Below, in pieces: positions 48,229-59,351 of a stretch of DNA of 64,000 nt. This DNA comes from an uncultured SAR86 cluster bacterium (GTDB taxonomy: Bacteria > Pseudomonadota > Gammaproteobacteria > Magnimaribacterales > D2472). The notes under the pieces are model-generated. The model was not told the DNA's origin. It did not search any database and saw nothing but the letters and a program-made list of their open reading frames with translations. The stretch covers positions 100,269 through 164,268 of the forward strand of contig CACLBJ010000002.1 of assembly GCA_902605165.1 (NCBI GenBank). Direction: 5' to 3'. Numbering within the stretch: position 1 is the first letter of the stretch; the number at the start of each line of letters is the position of its first letter. The translations under genes and the position numbers were made by a program.

Positions 48229-49943
48229 TCAGTAAATTTTGATAAATAAGTGAGAAAGGCAACTGAGTTGCCTTTTTTCATTTCCATTTCACCAGCGCCT
48301 AAAGTTTTTATAGGTCCCTTCAATCCAGCTAATACCTCTTTGAAAGTTATTTCTTCAGTTGAAACAATAAAATCGCAAAATTCATCTTCAAAATAAGATG
48401 AAATCTCCAATACTTGATTTCTAATAGTGGCTTTAATTTGTTTCTTATCATCGAAAATAAAACATCCACTTGTTAACTCTCCATCAACTTTGGAAGGATT
48501 TAGCCTAACAGATAGTATGCTAAAAAAGTTTTCTACAGGGATCTGATAAAGTGTTTCGCTATTTGATAATCCAATTGCTGGATCTCTACCTTCCATATAC
48601 TCTTTTGCAGAAGAAAGAAAAAAATTCCTCTTTGGTGGGTTAGTTTCATAAATACCAATCTGCATAACTGACTGATTTCTAATTTTCATTACTTCTTCAG
48701 CCTTGAAGTCTAAGCTTATTAACATATTTGAGAGCTCTAAAACCCATTGATGCTCACTTGCTTCACTTGCTCTAATCAGCTCAGAAAATAAATTTTCATT
48801 ACCTCCTGCTAAATCAGAAATCTTTTGAGATTTCTCGTTTATATTTAAAGGGTCTAAGTCTGCTAAATCTCCACTAAACCAACCTAAATATCCATTAAAG
48901 ATACTTCTAACTGAATATCGAACAGTTCCATAAAACTCAGCTAAGTAAGGCGATTCTTTGAGATTCTTTGGTAGATCAAGCTCCTCAACAATTTGATCTG
49001 GTGTAAATCCTTTATTCATTAACCTAATCGTTTGATCATGGACATACTGCATTCCATCCCTATAAGTAATAAGTGCATTTGATATCTCCTCACCTACAAC
49101 TGGCATTGTATGACTTGGGAAAAGGTATTGGGGGTCTAGTGATCTCATTTTATCAATACTATTCACCCACCCAATGACATCACGGTGCGATGTACCTCTG
49201 ATGGTATAAAGATTGGGGAATGTTGTGTAAAAATTATCGCCTGGCATCAGTGCAGATAATTCTGGAAACCATACAAATAACTGATCATCGGTTTCACCTG
49301 GAGCATGGTAAAGCTCAACTTTGTGCCCTGCTATTTCAAGCTTAAGCTCTTTTTCAAAGGTCATTGTAGGAGCTATATATCCTGGCGAACTTCTTCCAGC
49401 ACTCAAATATGGCCCTAGACCTACATTTATTAGCTCATCCTCATCGAGATTTGTACCAAACATCTTGCCGCTTCTAATCGTAATAATTGGATTTATAATT
49501 CCAAGAATCTTTTCGACTTTTTCTGCTGTTGTGGAATGGGAAATCACTAAAGGTTTTTCTTCTTGCGCATTATAAAATTCAGAAGCACCAAAAACATGAT
49601 CTCCATGGTTATGTGTATATATAATTGCCTTGATTGGATTTTGATTAATCTTTTGAAATTCACTTAAAACTTCTTTAGCTTGAGAAACATCATCAGTTGT
49701 ATCAATGATAATATTGCCTCCCTCTCCTTCTACCATTATTGAATTAGCTATACCAAAGCCTATAGCAACATGAATTCCGTTATCATAGGAATATATGCCC
49801 TTTATAAATTGATTTGAATGATCCTCTAATTTTTCAAGCTTACTAATTTTAGGAATATCAAAATCTTCTGAATTTGAACAACTTACTAAAAAAATGAATA
49901 AAATAGGTAATATTAAGAAATTTCTCATTAAGAGCCTCAGCAT
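48225..49943 (-). CDS. Alkyl/aryl sulfatase, metallo-beta-lactamase fold (SdsA1/YjcS-like) lipoprotein
   Basis: THNHGDH zinc motif, a dimerisation region and a C-terminal SCP2-like domain. The N-terminal signal ends FLVSCS. The start is uncertain (49943 or 49928). Confidence 0.8.
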   Translation of the reverse strand: MLRLLMRNFLILPILFIFLVSCSNSEDFDIPKISKLEKLEDHSNQFIKGIYSYDNGIHVAIGFGIANSIMVEGEGGNIIIDTTDDVSQAKEVLSEFQKINQNPIKAIIYTHNHGDHVFGASEFYNAQEEKPLVISHSTTAEKVEKILGIINPIITIRSGKMFGTNLDEDELINVGLGPYLSAGRSSPGYIAPTMTFEKELKLEIAGHKVELYHAPGETDDQLFVWFPELSALMPGDNFYTTFPNLYTIRGTSHRDVIGWVNSIDKMRSLDPQYLFPSHTMPVVGEEISNALITYRDGMQYVHDQTIRLMNKGFTPDQIVEELDLPKNLKESPYLAEFYGTVRYSVRSIFNGYLGWFSGDLADLDPLNINEKSQKISDLAGGNENLFSELIRASEASEHQWVLELSNMLISLDFKAEEVMKIRNQSVMQIGIYETNPPKRNFFLSSAKEYMEGRDPAIGLSNSETLYQIPVENFFSILSVRLNPSKVDGELTSGCFIFDDKKQIKATIRNQVLEISSYFEDEFCDFIVSTEEITFKEVLAGLKGPIKTLGAGEMEMKKGNSVAFLTYLSKFTD

Positions 49944-49952
49944 AATTCTAAC

Positions 49953-51725
49953 TTGAAAGTGAACGATCATCCATTAAAAGTAGAACACCACAGAATAACG
50001 TCAGATGGAGAATCAATTGCTTCCAAAGATTATCAAGATAGATATTTTCAAGTTAATGGGTTTGAGGAATCAAAAGAGGTCTACATTGATGGTAATAACC
50101 TTGAAGAGAGATGGGAAAGCTTCTCAGGAAGTTGTTTTACTATTGGTGAGTTAGGTTTTGGTTTAGGGTTAAATTTCTTAACCATGATGCATTGTTGGTT
50201 AAAAAAAGAGAGGTCTTTTAATCTTGATTACATAGGAATTGATAAAAAAATACTAGAGAAAAGTAATCTTATAATGCTTGAGGAAGCATTTCCGAACTTG
50301 AAAAATGAAATCAAGGTTCTTAAAGAGTGCGATATAGTTGGCCATAATGGTTTTGAGTGCATCTCAATACCTGATCTTAAAATTAGATTAATCTTAATAA
50401 CCGAGGATATACAAAAAGCAATAAATGATATCTGTGTATCAAACATAGATGCATGGTTCTTAGACGGGTTTGATCCAAAGAAAAATCCTGAGATGTGGGA
50501 AGAAGATATTTTAAAAACAGTTTTTGATCTTAGTTCTTGTGATTCATCTTTTAGCTCTTTTACCTCGGTAGGAAGAATAAGAAGAGCGCTTTTAGAGAAT
50601 GGCTTCGAAGTAAGCAAGGTATCAGGATTTGGTACCAAAAGACATCGAATTATTGGTAAAAAATTTATAGAAAATAAGAAATCTAATGACATCAAAAAGA
50701 TCGCAATTCTGGGTGCTGGGCTTTCTGGAAGTAACTTAGCCTTTAACCTTGCAAATGCTAATATTGAAGTTGATATATACGATGCTTTGGCTGACTTAAA
50801 CAAGGGTTCATCAAGTGGCCCAATTGCTTCTATGTATCCAAAATTCTCTTTAGATAATAGCCCAAGATCCAAGTTTTTAATTGCTTCTTATTTTTTTTCA
50901 TTAAATTTTTATATTAAAAATCTTGGCTTTGAGAATACTGGACTACTTTTTTATGGATCAGATGAAATAAAAGATAAGTGGATTTCTAAGATATTAACTC
51001 TAGGAAGAGATGATTTATTTGAACTCTTAAACGATGATGAGGTAGAAAATTTTCTTGGAGTCAGTGAGATAAAAAAAGCTCTGCATGTTAAAAAGGGACT
51101 TTATCTTCAGCCATTAGAATTAAAAAAGAAATTACTGGAGCATCGCTTTATCAAAATCATACCAAATGAGGAATTTGTCGCATTCTCAGAAGAAAAGAGT
51201 AAAGTTGAAGTAGATTTTAAATCTGGTCTGCGCAAATCTTATGATGCTCTTGCAGTTTGCACAGGAAAAGGCCTAAAAGATTTTAATGATAATCTTAAAG
51301 TCAGCTATGGACTGATGGCGGGCATAAGCAATAAGGATTTATTCAATATTAAAAAGCCCCTTAATCATCAGGGATATATTATTCCAAAAGTTGACGGCAC
51401 CAATTGGATCGGAAGTACATATGAACAGTCACCAGATCTTAAAAAAGAAAATATTGAAGAGAAAATTAGACTGAATCATGCCATTTTTGGTAGAAAAGGT
51501 TTGTCTTTTGAAATACAAGATATATGGGAAGGTGAGAGAGTTAGTGCGAGAAGTAATCTTCCAATAGCATCAAAGATACCCAAGACAAAGAATATCTATT
51601 GTATTGGAGGGCTCGGTTCTAGAGGTTTATCCTATGCCCCTTTCCTTGCAGAGATAGTATCTTCGGCAATTCAAGATAAGCAAATACCTCTTAGTAAAGA
51701 GATATTTACTTTACTCAATATTTAA
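49953..51725 (+). CDS. mnmC: Bifunctional tRNA mnm5s2U34 methyltransferase / FAD-dependent cmnm5s2U oxidoreductase
   Basis: 590 aa. N-terminal SAM-MTase region (ELGFGLGLNFL, DAWFLDGFDPKKNPEMW) and a C-terminal DAO domain (ILGAGLSGSNLA). The start codon (TTG or GTG) is uncertain. Confidence 0.85.
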   Translation: MKVNDHPLKVEHHRITSDGESIASKDYQDRYFQVNGFEESKEVYIDGNNLEERWESFSGSCFTIGELGFGLGLNFLTMMHCWLKKERSFNLDYIGIDKKILEKSNLIMLEEAFPNLKNEIKVLKECDIVGHNGFECISIPDLKIRLILITEDIQKAINDICVSNIDAWFLDGFDPKKNPEMWEEDILKTVFDLSSCDSSFSSFTSVGRIRRALLENGFEVSKVSGFGTKRHRIIGKKFIENKKSNDIKKIAILGAGLSGSNLAFNLANANIEVDIYDALADLNKGSSSGPIASMYPKFSLDNSPRSKFLIASYFFSLNFYIKNLGFENTGLLFYGSDEIKDKWISKILTLGRDDLFELLNDDEVENFLGVSEIKKALHVKKGLYLQPLELKKKLLEHRFIKIIPNEEFVAFSEEKSKVEVDFKSGLRKSYDALAVCTGKGLKDFNDNLKVSYGLMAGISNKDLFNIKKPLNHQGYIIPKVDGTNWIGSTYEQSPDLKKENIEEKIRLNHAIFGRKGLSFEIQDIWEGERVSARSNLPIASKIPKTKNIYCIGGLGSRGLSYAPFLAEIVSSAIQDKQIPLSKEIFTLLNI

Positions 51726-51727
51726 GT

Positions 51728-52249
51728 CTATAGTTCTTGAAGAAGACTGTTTACAAGTGCTTGTATTGTTTCTGTATCACTTGAATCATTAAGCCTATTT
51801 TGATTCCAGCTTGTAAAACCAGTCCACAATGACTTGTCCTCGACTTTGTCTTTGATAGTTAACCTTAGAACAAATTTTTCTTCAGTCTCAATATCATCAT
51901 CAAGGTAAAAGTATCTTCTATCATAGTAATAGCTTCTGGGACCAAATCTATTTGATTCGATCTCATCTTTGGCTGAAATTGAAAGCTCAAAAACTAGATT
52001 AGAGTCTTTTGAAGAGTCTAATCCTCTTAATTCAAGTTCGCTAACTAATCTTGATTCAATTGCCTCAAGAACAATAGGGTTAACTTCAGGTGATAGATTC
52101 TCGCTGTTAGTTTTTAAAACAAAATCTTCATAATTAAGAAGTGTAAAATCATTTACTGAATCAACTTTTAGATAAAAAGATTGATTGGAGACGCATCCAG
52201 CTAAAAAGATTACTGTTGCAATGGTAAGGAAATTTTTTAATTTATTCAT
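51728..52249 (-). CDS. Hypothetical lipoprotein (DUF4136-like)
   Basis: 173 aa with lipobox FLAGC. The family guess is tentative. Confidence 0.4.
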   Translation of the reverse strand: MNKLKNFLTIATVIFLAGCVSNQSFYLKVDSVNDFTLLNYEDFVLKTNSENLSPEVNPIVLEAIESRLVSELELRGLDSSKDSNLVFELSISAKDEIESNRFGPRSYYYDRRYFYLDDDIETEEKFVLRLTIKDKVEDKSLWTGFTSWNQNRLNDSSDTETIQALVNSLLQEL

Positions 52250-52304
52250 AATACTAATATGCAGTTCATGTTTTAAAAATTCAAGCTCTTAGAAATAAAA
52301 AAGA

Positions 52305-54909
<2,605 letters not shown>

Positions 54910-55473
54910 TTAACTAGACTCTTCATCATTTAAGAGATAACGAGACGCCCGCATTTTTAGATCTTTGATACTTTCTGCTGAAAGTGGTTGTCTTTCTGAA
55001 TCACAAATGTTTGCATGTATCTTTTCACAAAATTTAGTTGCAAACCTTAAAAGGTCCTCAACATTGTCAGTTGCATTTTCCTGAGCAGCAAGATCAGTTG
55101 CCAAAAGTAAAGCTTGAGTTTGAGTATCTTCATTAAGAGTCCCTGGCTTCAAGGCATTTGCCAATCTAAACTTTTCAATATCATTGTCATATATAGAAAA
55201 GAAATCTTCATTCTTTTGAAAACCATAATTGATCAAAAAATCATTTAATTGATTCATATCAAAGAAGTTACCATCAATACTGAATAAATATAGAATCACT
55301 AAATCTTGCTTTGCAAAAGCTGCACTTTTATAACTAAAGTCTTTTAAATTTGCTTGTTTTGCTTTCAATAGCATTTTGTTTGAGTTAGATACTTTTCTAA
55401 AATAAAGAAATACTCCAAGTATGGCTAAGAAAGAGCCTAAACCTATTAAGTAAATTTCAGTATTTGAAAGCAT
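54910..55473 (-). CDS. zipA: Cell division protein ZipA (minimal form)
   Basis: 187 aa. An N-terminal TM anchor is followed by a C-terminal domain with FRLANALKPGTL (compare E. coli FSLANMVKPGSF). It sits between smc and ligA, as in other gammaproteobacteria. Confidence 0.7.
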   Translation of the reverse strand: MLSNTEIYLIGLGSFLAILGVFLYFRKVSNSNKMLLKAKQANLKDFSYKSAAFAKQDLVILYLFSIDGNFFDMNQLNDFLINYGFQKNEDFFSIYDNDIEKFRLANALKPGTLNEDTQTQALLLATDLAAQENATDNVEDLLRFATKFCEKIHANICDSERQPLSAESIKDLKMRASRYLLNDEESS

Positions 55474-57660
55474 TTACTGGGCTGCGAACTCAACTGCTTG
55501 GTTAACATCAACAGATACAACTCTGGAAACTCCAGCTTCTTGCATAGTAACTCCCATTAAATGGTCGCTTTTTTCCATCGATACCTTGTTATGAGTTATA
55601 AAGATAAACTGTATTTTCTTTGACATTTCTTCAACCATATTGATAAATCTTGAAGTATTAAGATCATCAAGGGGTGCATCAACCTCATCGAGCAGACAAA
55701 AAGGTGCGGGATTTAATTCAAATAAAGCAAAAACTAAAGCTAGAGCAGTCATTGCCTTTTCTCCACCAGATAACTGCGAAAGAGATGAATTCTTTTTACC
55801 TGGAGGGCGAGCCATAAGTTTAACACCAGCATTTAGGTAACTATTATCAGTAAGAGATAATTCTGCATTACCCCCTCCAAACATTATTGGGAAGATAGAT
55901 TTCAATCTTTTGTTTACCGCATCAAAGCTCTCAATAAATTTTTCTTTAGTCTCTTTATCAATTTGTGAGATGGCTTTGTTTAACTTCTCTAGTGCTTCTT
56001 CTAAGTCTTCATTTTGCTTATCCAACTCATCTTTTCTTTTTCTCTCTTCAGCGATTTCATCTGGTGCTGCCAAATTAATAGCGCCCAATCTTATAATCTT
56101 TGACCTAATGGTCTCAAGCTCTGATTCAAGTTTTTCTATTGATAATTCTTGATAGTTGGTTCTATCAATATCATTAATATCAATTCCTGATTCCGAAATT
56201 CTTTTTGTTGAATTTTCAAGATGAACACTATGAGAACTTATTTCAATTTTTGTATTGGTGATTTTTTCTTGAATTGCTTTCAAATCTAATAGAGAAACAC
56301 TTTTTTCATTTTCTAATCTTCTTATTTCTGCATCAACTTCTTGTTGATCTTTTCTTATAGCATTTAACGCAGCTTCTGCTGAGGCACTGGTCTCTATAAG
56401 CTCTTGAAGTTTTGAAGAAATTTCTTTTGAGCTTTGATTTGTTTTCTCAAGTTCTGTCTCTAAATTTTCTTGCTGGTTTAGATATTCATCGCTAATTTCT
56501 TTAGATTGTTTTAAAACAATATTGAATATGCTGAGTAATATATCTTTAAGTTGCTCAGCTTTAATTCTAATTTCGGAAATAGATATTTTTGAAATGATTT
56601 CATCTATTAGGTGAAGAGCTTTCTCTTTGGGAGACAAGTTTTCAAAATTTGAAGCTTTTTCAAGGGCATCTTCATAGGCTGCTTTTACTCTTTCAAGTTC
56701 TCTCGCTGTATTATCTTTAGTTGTTCTAATATTTTGAAGATTTTGTTCAAACCTCGCTATTTCTGACCCAACTTCATAAAACTTTTTCTGAGCATCTTCA
56801 TATTTGGAGAGAACTGATTCATGCTCTGTTTTATATTGATCAAGTTTTGCTTGCTTGACTGAGACTTCTGATTCTTTTACAGACTCATCCTTTTGGAGCG
56901 CTGTGAGTTTATTATTCAAAAGATCTCTTTTATCTCTGGCATCAAGAGAAAACAGAATAGCAACATTCAACTCTTTTTCCTTTTCTTGATTCTTATAGTC
57001 TTTATATCTATCCGCGGCTTTAGCCTGACTTTCTAATCTTCTTATTAATCTTCCAATTTCGTCTCTAATATCATTAACTCTTGATAAGTTTTCTTTTGTC
57101 TTTTTTATTCTGCTTTCTGTTTCCTTTCTTCTTTCTCTATATTTTGAAACTCCTGCAGCCTCTTCGATGTGAGTTCTTAGCTCCTCAGGTTTTGCACTTA
57201 CCAAAGAAGAGACCATTCCTTGTTCAATAATTGCGTAACTGCTTGGGCCAAGTCCTGTCCCAAGAAAAATATCTTGAACATCTTTTCTTCTGCACTTAGT
57301 ATTATTGATGTAATAACTTGATTGGCTGTCTCGAGTCATAACTCTTTTTACAGATATCTCATTAAAAGCTGCATACTCGCCTCCAACTTTCCCACTGGAG
57401 TTTTCAAATAAAAGTTCAATACTGCATTGACCAGAAGGTTTTCTTTGCTCAGACCCATTAAAAATAACATCTGACATTGAGTCGCCTCTAAGATTTTTTG
57501 CTGAGAGTTCCCCAAGCACCCATCTGACAGCATCAATAATATTAGATTTACCACATCCATTTGGACCTACAACGGCCACCATATTTGTTGGGAAAGATAT
57601 CCTCGTGGGATCCACGAAACTTTTGAAACCAGCCAATTTAATGTGCTTAAGCTGCATCAA
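55474..57660 (-). CDS. smc: SMC-family chromosome segregation ATPase, unusually short (728 aa) with no recognisable hinge
   Basis: N-head Walker A GPNGCGKSN. C-head LSGGEKAMTALAL, Walker B FCLLDEVDAPLD and FITHNK. The roughly 390 aa between the heads look like coiled coil only. Confidence 0.85.
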   Translation of the reverse strand: MMQLKHIKLAGFKSFVDPTRISFPTNMVAVVGPNGCGKSNIIDAVRWVLGELSAKNLRGDSMSDVIFNGSEQRKPSGQCSIELLFENSSGKVGGEYAAFNEISVKRVMTRDSQSSYYINNTKCRRKDVQDIFLGTGLGPSSYAIIEQGMVSSLVSAKPEELRTHIEEAAGVSKYRERRKETESRIKKTKENLSRVNDIRDEIGRLIRRLESQAKAADRYKDYKNQEKEKELNVAILFSLDARDKRDLLNNKLTALQKDESVKESEVSVKQAKLDQYKTEHESVLSKYEDAQKKFYEVGSEIARFEQNLQNIRTTKDNTARELERVKAAYEDALEKASNFENLSPKEKALHLIDEIISKISISEIRIKAEQLKDILLSIFNIVLKQSKEISDEYLNQQENLETELEKTNQSSKEISSKLQELIETSASAEAALNAIRKDQQEVDAEIRRLENEKSVSLLDLKAIQEKITNTKIEISSHSVHLENSTKRISESGIDINDIDRTNYQELSIEKLESELETIRSKIIRLGAINLAAPDEIAEERKRKDELDKQNEDLEEALEKLNKAISQIDKETKEKFIESFDAVNKRLKSIFPIMFGGGNAELSLTDNSYLNAGVKLMARPPGKKNSSLSQLSGGEKAMTALALVFALFELNPAPFCLLDEVDAPLDDLNTSRFINMVEEMSKKIQFIFITHNKVSMEKSDHLMGVTMQEAGVSRVVSVDVNQAVEFAAQ

Positions 57661-57692
57661 AAAATATCAATAAATTAAATGCTTATTTTACC

Positions 57693-58472
57693 TTATTTAA
57701 GGGCTATTAACCATTGATTTGAAGGGATTTTATAGGTCACATTTACGTTATTCTTGTATAATTTAAATAGTCTTTTTGCTTCAAAAATATCATCATTCTT
57801 ACACACTACTTTTGAGATAACTCTGAGGGTAGATTCATTCATAAATGCAGAAGAAATATCAAATCCAGGTATTGGAGAATTAGCATTTGTAATCTTGTGA
57901 ATAACCTCACTGGAGCTGTTTTGTGAGATTGCTAGAGGAATAAGAGGTCCATCATTAATAAAAATTTTAAAGACAGAGTTATCAATAGTGCAATTAGGCA
58001 AATCAGAAATATCTAATGTAATTGACGCAGAAGCAAATTGAGGAAATTTTTTATCTCTTAAAAGTGAAAAAAGAAAATAATAGGAAGTCTCATTCCCAGA
58101 TTGCATAAAATCTTCTTCAGCATATCTAAGAGTAAGTTCTGCAGCATTTAAATTATTTTCTTGAATAGACTTTCTAATAATCTCTTCAAACCACATAACT
58201 AGCTCATCCTCAGGAGCATAGTTTCTTATTTTCTTTAGATCTGATGTTTCTAATGCCTTGCCAGAAATTATCCTAGAATTCATTTCGTTAACAAGAATTA
58301 TCTCTTTTGATGATCCAATTAAAGAGTATTTACTCAAAAACAAGAAAGAGGGAATGAAAATAATTAATAAACCAAAAAAAAGAACTAGCGATCGTGCCCT
58401 ATTCCCAATATTAAAAATATATAAAAAGAATGGTACAGCTATTAAAAAAGAAATTATTAAACTAAATATCAT
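57693..58472 (-). CDS. ccmI: Putative cytochrome c biogenesis protein CcmI
   Basis: 259 aa. Two N-terminal TM helices are followed by a soluble domain. It lies immediately downstream of ccmH and overlaps it by 4 nt. Confidence 0.45.
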   Translation of the reverse strand: MIFSLIISFLIAVPFFLYIFNIGNRARSLVLFFGLLIIFIPSFLFLSKYSLIGSSKEIILVNEMNSRIISGKALETSDLKKIRNYAPEDELVMWFEEIIRKSIQENNLNAAELTLRYAEEDFMQSGNETSYYFLFSLLRDKKFPQFASASITLDISDLPNCTIDNSVFKIFINDGPLIPLAISQNSSSEVIHKITNANSPIPGFDISSAFMNESTLRVISKVVCKNDDIFEAKRLFKLYKNNVNVTYKIPSNQWLIALK

Positions 58473-58837
58473 CTTCTTCTTATTAGTAGGACACTAACAG
58501 CTATTAGAATCAGAAAGACAGCAGGGCTTAACCATAGAAATAAATTATCTGAGAAGTCTGGTTGATACAATGAATCCTTTCCATATCTTTGAACAACATA
58601 ATCTTTGATTTCTTTATCAGAGCGACCCTCTTGAATGAGTTCATAGATCTTTCTCTTAAGGTCTTCAGATATTGGCGCATTGCTGCTTGATAATGAACCG
58701 CTTGTGCATTTTGGGCACCTAATCTCATTTATAATTTCATAGTATCTAGCCTCATCTTCATTAGAATTAAAAATGAATAGAGATTCCCCAGCTGTATATA
58801 CAGAAAAAATCATGGAAATAGCAATGAACCTAATCAT
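58469..58837 (-). CDS. ccmH: Cytochrome c-type biogenesis protein CcmH
   Basis: 122 aa. IRCPKC...SL..SNAPISEDLKRKI, and a C-terminal TM. Confidence 0.85.
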   Translation of the reverse strand: MIRFIAISMIFSVYTAGESLFIFNSNEDEARYYEIINEIRCPKCTSGSLSSSNAPISEDLKRKIYELIQEGRSDKEIKDYVVQRYGKDSLYQPDFSDNLFLWLSPAVFLILIAVSVLLIRRR

Positions 58838-59351
58838 TATTGATTTTATTTATTGTTGGTAAGAACTTAGCACTCCAAACTTTTTGATCTACTTCGCCAA
58901 TATGGTGTGAAATTATTCTACCTTTGTGAACTAAAAAAGTTTCTGGAGCCCCTGTTACGCCTAAATCAAGGGCAAGCTCTCCATAATAGTCATACAGGGA
59001 AAAGATATAGGGATCTCCAAGCTTACTTAACCACTCAGTAGCATTATTCTTTTCATCCTTATAATTTAGTCCAATTATAGGAATTGTTTTTGATATATCT
59101 TCTAGGAATGGATGTTCAACTCTGCAAGTTATACACCAGCTTGCCCAAACATTGAGTATAAAAAGATCTTCTAAATTCTCATTTTTAATCTTTTTGTCCG
59201 AATCAAGAGTCTGAAGAGAGAATTCTGGCAATGGAATATTGAGATCTACTTTGGATTGACTATTGTTATTATTTTTTATTAAAGATGTAAAAAGAATAAC
59301 AGATGATAAGAATATAATTACTATTAAAGTTCTTAAAGTTGACTCAAACAT
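58830..59351 (-). CDS. ccmG: Thiol:disulfide oxidoreductase CcmG/DsbE
   Basis: 173 aa. N-terminal anchor, WASWCITC and GVTGAPETFL. Confidence 0.88.
   Translation of the reverse strand: MFESTLRTLIVIIFLSSVILFTSLIKNNNNSQSKVDLNIPLPEFSLQTLDSDKKIKNENLEDLFILNVWASWCITCRVEHPFLEDISKTIPIIGLNYKDEKNNATEWLSKLGDPYIFSLYDYYGELALDLGVTGAPETFLVHKGRIISHHIGEVDQKVWSAKFLPTINKINND

Noticed and set aside
50228-50872. 214-aa antisense ORF inside mnmC, surprisingly long for AT-rich DNA
   Set aside because: - In this antisense register, a stop needs a sense Tyr codon preceded by a codon ending in T or C, or a sense His or Gln codon preceded by a codon ending in T.
- This stretch of MnmC has very few Tyr, His or Gln residues in those contexts, so the open frame is explained.
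- Its S/L/F-rich composition is typical of antisense translation.
- It has no SD and no recognisable motif.
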